A stretch of DNA of 64,000 nt from Cycas panzhihuaensis (Eukaryota > Plantae > Cycadophyta). The translations under genes were made by a program, and so were the position numbers. The stretch spans positions 150,357,741 to 150,421,740 of the forward strand of contig CM041465.1 of assembly GCA_023213395.1 (NCBI GenBank), written 5' to 3'. The notes beneath the pieces were generated by a model that had not been told where the DNA came from, did not search any database, and saw nothing but the letters and a program-made list of their open reading frames with translations. Shown here in pieces: positions 56,845-64,000 of this stretch; the stretch's first letter is position 1, and each line of letters begins with the position of its first letter.

Positions 56845-57925
56845 AGGTTGCAACTTCTCAGGTTATTCTATCAATTTGTAATTTTATTTTTTTTAGTTAT
56901 AACTCTATTATTATTTTCCATGGTTACAACAGTCCTCATCCAAGTTGTATCTATTTATGTTCCAAGTTGTAATCATTTTCATCCAAGAATTTTCACTTCC
57001 TATACTTTGGGTTGCAATTGTCCTCATCTAAGGTTACAGCCGTTTACATCCCAGGTTGCAACCATTTTCATCTAAGGTTATAATTATCTTTGTCTAAAGT
57101 TACAACTATCCTTGTCCAAGGTTATAACTATCTGTATCTTGGGTTGTAACTGTTTTCATCCAAGGTTACAACTATCTTTATCTAAAGTTACAACTATCCC
57201 CCATCCAAGGTTACAATTGTCTGCCTTTCGAGTTACAACCATTTTTATCCAAGGTTACAACTCTCTTTATTTAAAGTTGCAATCATCTTCAAGCAATTAT
57301 AAACATCTCCATGTAGGGTTGTAACTTCCCAAATTTAGAGTTATAATTGTCTCTATTCAAAGTTGCAATTTTTTGCCCTTTAAGTCATATTCATCTTCAT
57401 CTAAGGTTACAACCATCTCCATCCTGGGTTGCAACTACTTCCTTGTCCTAGGTTGCAACTGTCTGCACCTAAGTTTACAACCATCGACATCTAAGGTTGC
57501 AATCTTCCTCATCCAATTTCAATTGTTTCGTTGTTTGAATTGTAACCATTTGCATCCTAGGTATAATTGTTTTCATATAGGGTTACAATTGCCTTCATTC
57601 CAAGGTTGTAACCATCTACATTCAGGATTGCAACCATCATCATCCTAGATTGCAACCATCTACCTTGAGTAGAACTTCAATATCTTAATTTAAGGTTGTA
57701 ATTATCTTTGTCCAAAGTTACAACTATCCACATCTTGAGTTGCAATCTTTTACATCCTAGGTTGCAACTATCTTCTGTGCAATGTTGTAACTTTCCACAT
57801 CCTAGGATTCTACCTTATGCATTCTAGGTTACAATTATCTTCATACATAGTTATAATTTCCTCTTCCTTGGTTATAACCATCTACGTCCTAGGTTACAAC
57901 TATTTTCATATAGAGTTTCAACTAT
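56845..57925. repeat. Array of palindromic GTTGCAAC cores, ~21-bp period, roughly 50 units (element B)
   Basis: e.g. ctaaggttacaaccatctccat cctgggttgcaactacttccttgt cctaggttgcaactgtctgca cctaagtttacaaccatcgacat ctaaggttgcaatc. Confidence 0.92.
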
Positions 57926-60575
57926 AAAACAAGAATTTCCTATATTTCAAATGATTAATGAATTTCTATCCTATAGTTTGTGTCTAATTTTTTTTATTTT
58001 TTATTTTATATTTTAACTTATTGTATAATGTTTTAGTTGACTTTCGTTGACTATTTTGTTAAGCAATGTTCCATTAAGTTGTTGAAGTTGCATGGTACCA
58101 TTTTGTTGGATATGGTTCACTTTATATGGACGAAGCCATTGCAACTTCATTTTCCCTGGCTTCATGCAAAATTTAGTATCATACAAGAGTACTGGGTCTC
58201 CTTCTTAGAACTAAGGTATTTTCAAGTTTAATCATGCCATGCTTTACATCATTCTTTCTTTGCTTTTTACTCCCATAAGGCTCTTGCTCATTTTTTATCC
58301 ATTTATATTAGTTCAATGAATTGTTGATCCCTTAGAACTCTAGGGGAAGTACAACTTCTAGTCTATAAACTAACTAAAATGATGCTTGTTTATGGGGTCT
58401 TTTTATTATTGTTTTATCTACCTACAACACCAAATGCAATTATTTTACGTAATTCATTCATCCTTTATTGTAAATCTTGGACAAGGCTAGCTTTAAAATT
58501 TTATTTATACTTTCTACTTGTCCATTTACCTAGAGATAATATAGAGAGGATTTAGAATGTTGAATCATAAATTCTTTTATAAGGTGCTTAATAGTTTGGT
58601 TCAAAAAACTACTTCCTTAGTTTGAAATAGTTTCCAAGGGGTAACTTAAACAAACAATAATAGTCTCATACAAAAATCTAGCTATACTTTGAGTATTGCA
58701 AGTCTTCATTAATTTTGCTTCAGTCTATTTAGTTAAAAAATCTATAGCAACTAATATGCATCTTGCATTGGTTTATTTAGTTGAAAGACTAATTGGCCCA
58801 ACAAAATCTAGCCTCCACTTCTCAAATAGAGCATGTGCTAATATGGGATATAGAGGTATGAAATGATTTTTCACTGGCTTCCTTACCCATTGGCATATAT
58901 CATAACTATAGACTCATTTTTTTATGTTCTCAAATAATGTGGGCCACCATAATCTAACCAATAATATCTTTTTGGTGGTAGGTTTAGCGCCTTAATGTTT
59001 CATTGCAACACATTCATGAGCTTCTCATATTATGGCCTCTACTTAATATTCCATTATGCATTTTTTCAAAACATCGTTCGGTCCTAACTTGTATAACATG
59101 CCTTGAATTAATTGAAATGGAAAAGCTTTTTAAATGAAACTCCTCCATGCATTCCATCCCTGGTGGTGTCTATCCCATGGCTAGATATTGTGCAATACCT
59201 TCATACAACTTAGGTACTACCTTGATAGAAAATAACTCTATATTAAGAAAGTTATCATGGACCCCCATGGATGGTTCTCCTTCTACTTCTCTTGATAGAA
59301 AGTTTGGGATTGTATACTTGTCTCACTTTTTTACTATGATTTTTAAATTAAATTCTTGAAATAACATTAACCATTTGCTGATTCTACCCTACAAAATAGG
59401 TATTAACCATATATTGTAAGGCTTGGTGTTTTACAAAAGAAATGAATGGATTAGCTAATTAAAATTTCCTAAATTTTTGTAAGGCATAAACCATGCCTTG
59501 GCCTTCTTATTCAGTGACTGAATAGTTCTTCTGTGTTTCCATTAATTTTTGACTTACAAAATATATTGGTAGGTCTATTTTACTATCCTTTGTTTATGTT
59601 GCACAGATTTAATGGCAAATAAGGAGGCATCCACATGTACATGGAAGGGTTTCTCTCAATTGAGAAATCTTAACATTGATGTTTGAATAATTTTTTTCTT
59701 TAATAACTCTAATACAAGGTGCTATTGTAGCTTCCATTGCCATATGGATTTCTTCTTCAACATTGTTTCTAAAGGATTAGCTATTTGGGTGTAATTTTTA
59801 TGAACGTTTTATAATATCCCATCATTCTTAAAAATCTTTTGACCTACTTAAGTGTTTTTGGAACTAGGAAACTTAAAATTATAGCTACTTTATTAAGATT
59901 AGTAAGCAACCTATTTTTTGTGACCACATGACCTAATAAAGTCCTTAAAGGAATCATACATGTGCACTTGGCAGGATTGAGATATAAATTACTTTTCCTA
60001 TAGGTTTCTAGCATCAAACATAGATAACCAAGATGGTTTCTTAGCAGGGTATATAGTATCCAATCATCTAAAAATATATCAATCATTTCTCCAATAGTCT
60101 ACTTAAAAAATGTTGAGAATTACCCTTTGAAATATGACAAGAGCATTGGTCAATCCAAATGACATGACCTAAATACATACTTGCTCCATTCTATAACAAA
60201 GATTATCTTCAACTGGTCCTCCATCATAATTTGAACTTGATTATATCTACTAAAGTCATCCATGAAGGAATAAACCTTATGTCCTACAAATTTTTCCAAA
60301 ATATCTTTGTTGAATGGAAGAGAAAATGGGTCCTTCTTAGACTCTAAGTTTCCTATTATTTTTAGAACTACTATAGCCAGACTTACCCATTCATTATTTT
60401 TCACCTAAAAGATATAATCTGCCTCAAGTAACTTATCAAATTCACCTTTTACTTTCTCTTTATATTTAGGATTCATACAGTAAGAGCATTGTCTTACTAG
60501 TTTAGCTCCTTCTACTAATTCTATCTTATGTTTGCCAAGTTCATGAGAAATGCCTTTTAAGTTCTTATAAGACCA

Positions 60576-62258
60576 TGTATTTTCCAGCTACCAGGAATGG
60601 GTTTTTGGCAAGTCAACTCAGGTAAGTGTAGGTATGATTCTATCCTTTGCCTTTGTCACATCTCTAGAAAGGTAAATCAAAGCATCTATTTTTTATTGCA
60701 TGACTAATTGATACATTTGAGTGATCACCTTGTATCTGCTACTTGATCATATTGCTTGACACTACTCTAGCCTATGATGACTGCAGAATATGTATTCCAC
60801 TAGCACTCCACAACCCTCCTATGCACCTCCATATTATCTCAAGTACCAACTAGCCCGTGTTATCCGTTCACACCCTTATTGCCACATCACAGCTCTTAGC
60901 ACCTCACTAGGTATGATTGGTATATTCTTATCCATTTGCTAGCTTCTTGGGAAACTTATTTCTCTAGTGCCTTATCAGGTCTAGGTCATCTCCTCCTTAT
61001 GACTGTCCCCAACTACCTGGACAGAGGGTCAGGCCCTCCTAGGCCTGGGGTACCCTCCTTTAGGGCTCCCAGCTCCCTTTTTTCCTTTTATTTTGCATTC
61101 TATCACCACACCACAATAAATGTCATGGTGTCACGATAAACTTCATGGTATCGTGAAGTTTACCATGGGGCGACTGTCACAAAACATTTTTTTTAAATTT
61201 ATCATGGTAATTTTTGCATTTTTCATGAAATTTCCACGTGGCTAAGTCATACCCTGAGTCCTAGCCTAACCCTAATCATCCAATTAAGCTAGGGTTAGAT
61301 ATAAAACGTAAAAGAGACCTCATTTCCCTCTCTTCCTCCATCTTTTTTCCTCTCCTCTTTCACTTTCACAGGTGATTTTCTATAGGAGTGCCCTACAACA
61401 TCTAGCACACTTGTATCCCAACCTAAGATCTACCCTCTGTAGCTCAGATTCGTAGCAACAGGCTTGAGACAAAGCTTCTCTATGCAAGGACGTGCTCTAA
61501 GACTCACTTCCACATGCAAGCATCACGTTTCACCAAGTTCTCCTTTAGGTTTCATAGCCTATACAGGAATCCACTTGCAAACTCTACATGACTGCCTTCC
61601 TCTACCATTTTCTTAGGAAGATCTTCTACCAATCCGCCCATAGTAGGTACTTTTCCATTTATATTTTATTTTGTTCCTTTTATCTCCCCTAAAAGAGATT
61701 AGAATACCTTGTATACCTTTTACATCTATTTTCTCAGTTTTTTCTGTCAAGTATAGGAGGCATCCCCTTCATTTTCCCTCCTCATCTTTTGTGCCTCCCT
61801 TGGGCTACCAGGGCTACCAGAGAGCTCTTGGAAGAGAGGCCATCACTGGTATCAGTGTATGCATCCCATTGCTATGCTAGTTCTAGGCCCGGGTACCTTA
61901 TATGGGTAGAGTTTTCAACCCTTAGTTGTACCATACATCACTTTTGGGTTTTGGCTTAGTCAAAGTTGTAAATGTTGCACATCACAACCTTTGTAATATC
62001 GACAACATTTACAACCTTTGTGAAACCTATCTCCTTGACCTTTTACTACTATTAGACCATCCAAATCTGTTGTTTATGTGCTTGGATAGTGTAGAGGTGT
62101 GTGTATTAGAGGGTTATCCATTCTAAGGCTAACCACCCCCATCCTTTTATCTTATCTTGCTTGCATTGAGGAGGTTGGAGATTGTTTCTTAAATAAAAGT
62201 TTACTTTGATTGAAGTACATTACTTGTATTATTTTGTACACTTTGCATATACATATTT
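60576..62258 (+). mobile_element. Long LTR of another retroelement inserted in the pol of element B; itself interrupted at 62259
   Basis: Starts TGTATT exactly where B pol homology stops; TATA-like gatataaaa ~61279 followed by a pyrimidine-rich leader; non-coding. Confidence 0.6.
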
Positions 62259-64000
62259 TGATCCTAAAATAGAGCTAATTAGTGAAGAAGTTAATTATCA
62301 ACCTTTTCTCCTTGAGATCTTGAGAGTTAGTGTAGAAATCCCAATAACATCAAAATAAAAATGAGCCCACAAAAGGAAATTCTACACCAAATCATTTATT
62401 CTTGACATTGCTCCAAAAGTGTGAGGAGTAATACTTTTATTAAAGTATAAAAATCTCCATTTAATGGTGGAGAAATCAACTAGCAAAAGAATGGTTAAAT
62501 TACAAGGAATAAATGATACAATTATACCATAAGGGGGACTCCAACCCTCTAAAATATTTCTCCAAGGATGCTTCCTAAGTCAAGTGCCTTTCACCTCCAA
62601 GAACTACCTCTTCAACCTATAATAGGGCTTAATTTATAGAAATAAACCAAAATTATATGTTTAACAAGTGGCAATCATGCAAGTATAACCACTAACCACC
62701 AGAATGCATGTTGTCCAAGTGGCTTTCATGTAATTCTTAAAAGTTATAGCTTGTAACTAACCTTAACAAACTCAAATTCAACTCAAATTTGGTACACATA
62801 TAGGAACACATGTCCTCTCTACTTCCTCAAAATTTTAGCTCATTTGGATGTCATTGGCTACATTTTTATTCATTTAATTATAATATATATTTGTTATTTT
62901 TCTGCTGTCCAAGTGGCCTTCAAGTAATTCTTAAATGTTGTGGCTTGTAACTAACCTTAACTAACTCTTATTTAGCTCAAATTTGTCACAAATATAGGAA
63001 CACATGTCTCCTCCTCTTCCTCAAAATTTTAGCTCATTTGAATGTGATTTGACTACATTTTCATTTATTTAATGATAATATGTATTTGCTATTTTTTTGC
63101 TGTCCAAGTGGCCTTCATGCAATTGTTAAAAGTTGTGCCTTTTAACTAACCTTAATAGATTCCAATTTGGCTCAAATTTGGTATACACATAAGAATGCAT
63201 GTCTCCTCATCTTCCTCAAAATTTTATCCCATTTGTATATCATTTGGCCATATTTTAATTTATTTAATTATAATATGTATTTGTTGTTTTTCTGCTAGTT
63301 GTGGGATTAATGTTATGCAAAACAAGGCTTGAACTCTAATCAAGTGATATTTTCTGAACCCCACCTTTTGTAAACATGTAGTGGGATGTGTCTTCTACCT
63401 TTACACAAAATTTCATATAATTTTGATACCATTTGGCCATATCTCTTTTAGTTATGCCAATGCCTAGCATTTTCTGCATCCTGTAAACATATGGTAGATC
63501 TTCCTGGATCATGGCTCCCTTTCCTTGGAAAATAACTAACTCCTATTTGGCTTAGAATTGGAGATAGGGGAAGTGTTGTTCTCCTTGTTGCCTAATAAAC
63601 CACTTGGCCTTATTGGGCAATTATCTTGCTACTCCAATCCTAAAAGATTCATGTGTCTTATGTCTTGTTTTGGTAGATTTTCTCTCCAAGATACAATCTT
63701 CCTTGAGAGGCTCCTCACTTTCCAAATACAAGTCATCAACTGAAGATAAAGTGAACTGGTCCTATTCCTCATCTAACATGGAGGGCTCAAAGAGTTTTAA
63801 TTATTCATCATTTACTACTGAATATATTTGCATATAAGGTGGAAGATCAAGTTGAAAAGCATTGCCACCTACTTTTCTCAAAATCTTGAATGGTCCATAC
63901 CTTATAGGTTTGAGTTTCTTACCTTCTCCTTTTAACCTCTCCTTGCTTAAGTATAACAATAATAAATCTCCTTCTTAAAAAGTACACTCTTGCCTATGCT
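62259..64000 (-). mobile_element. 3' end of a CRM-like Gypsy element: integrase C-terminus, PPT, 3' LTR 62259-63511
   Basis: KKLKPIRYGPFKILRKVGGNAFQLDLPPYMQIYSVVN; PPT (minus) aaggaaagggag ~63515-63527; LTR termini TGATCC...GGATCA. Confidence 0.8.
62709..63296. repeat. Three tandem ~195-bp units inside the CRM-like LTR
   Basis: Units start tg(c/t)tgtccaagtggc at 62709, 62903 and 63098; partial fourth-unit similarity at ~63390-63440. Confidence 0.92.

Larger units (their letters stand above)
48655..60575 (-). mobile_element. Athila-like Gypsy element B (sister of A): 3' LTR 48655-54380 split by a Copia, extra ORF, palindrome array, INT-RH-RT; truncated by the insertion at 60576
   Basis: LTR termini tatgtgttg / taacacaca; LTR segment aaaccataatcattatattaatgatgggttgcatctagttctctcaaaaccagaga is homologous to the A LTR; PPT (minus) aggggaga 54381-54388; RT KKDPFSLPFNKDILEKFVGHKVYSFMDDFSRYNQVQI and IFLDDW. 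Confidence 0.85.

Noticed and set aside
56845-57925. CRISPR-like repeat/spacer array (also 37660-38250)
   Set aside because: The core is only 8-10 bp, spacers are ~11-13 nt and related to each other, there are no cas genes, and the context is a eukaryotic retrotransposon.
61118-61175. Imperfect palindrome as a miRNA precursor
   Set aside because: Stem is only ~13 bp, built from short tcatggt/tcacgat repeats inside an LTR; too short for a plant pre-miRNA.

Overview
AT-rich plant nuclear DNA, probably a large-genome non-angiosperm seed plant (inferred from the retroelement types and the SNRNP40 N-terminus). It holds one intact host gene, SNRNP40/U5-40K (WD40; single coding exon 27915-28997, 5'-UTR intron). 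The rest is mostly nested, decayed LTR retrotransposons: several Ty1/Copia, chromovirus-type Ty3/Gypsy, two sister Athila-like Gypsy elements, a gag+protease-only element and a small TRIM-like element. Many boundaries are fixed by LTR pairs, PBS, PPT and 5-bp TSDs. Three observations stand out. (1) The complete Copia at 13100-20322 carries, between its PBS and gag, directly abutting ~180-nt antisense fragments of unrelated host genes (2-oxoglutarate dehydrogenase E1 and COG4) plus unidentified neighbours; a second Met-PBS element has an ATG11 fragment in the same position. (2) Both Athila-like elements share a module after integrase: a ~19-21-bp-period array of the palindrome GTTGCAAC followed by a conserved ~560-aa extra ORF, a candidate element-encoded protein/binding-site system. 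(3) TE copies show pervasive C>T/G>A decay, including at CpA/TpG. All protein identities were recognised by eye from remembered family sequences; no searches were run.
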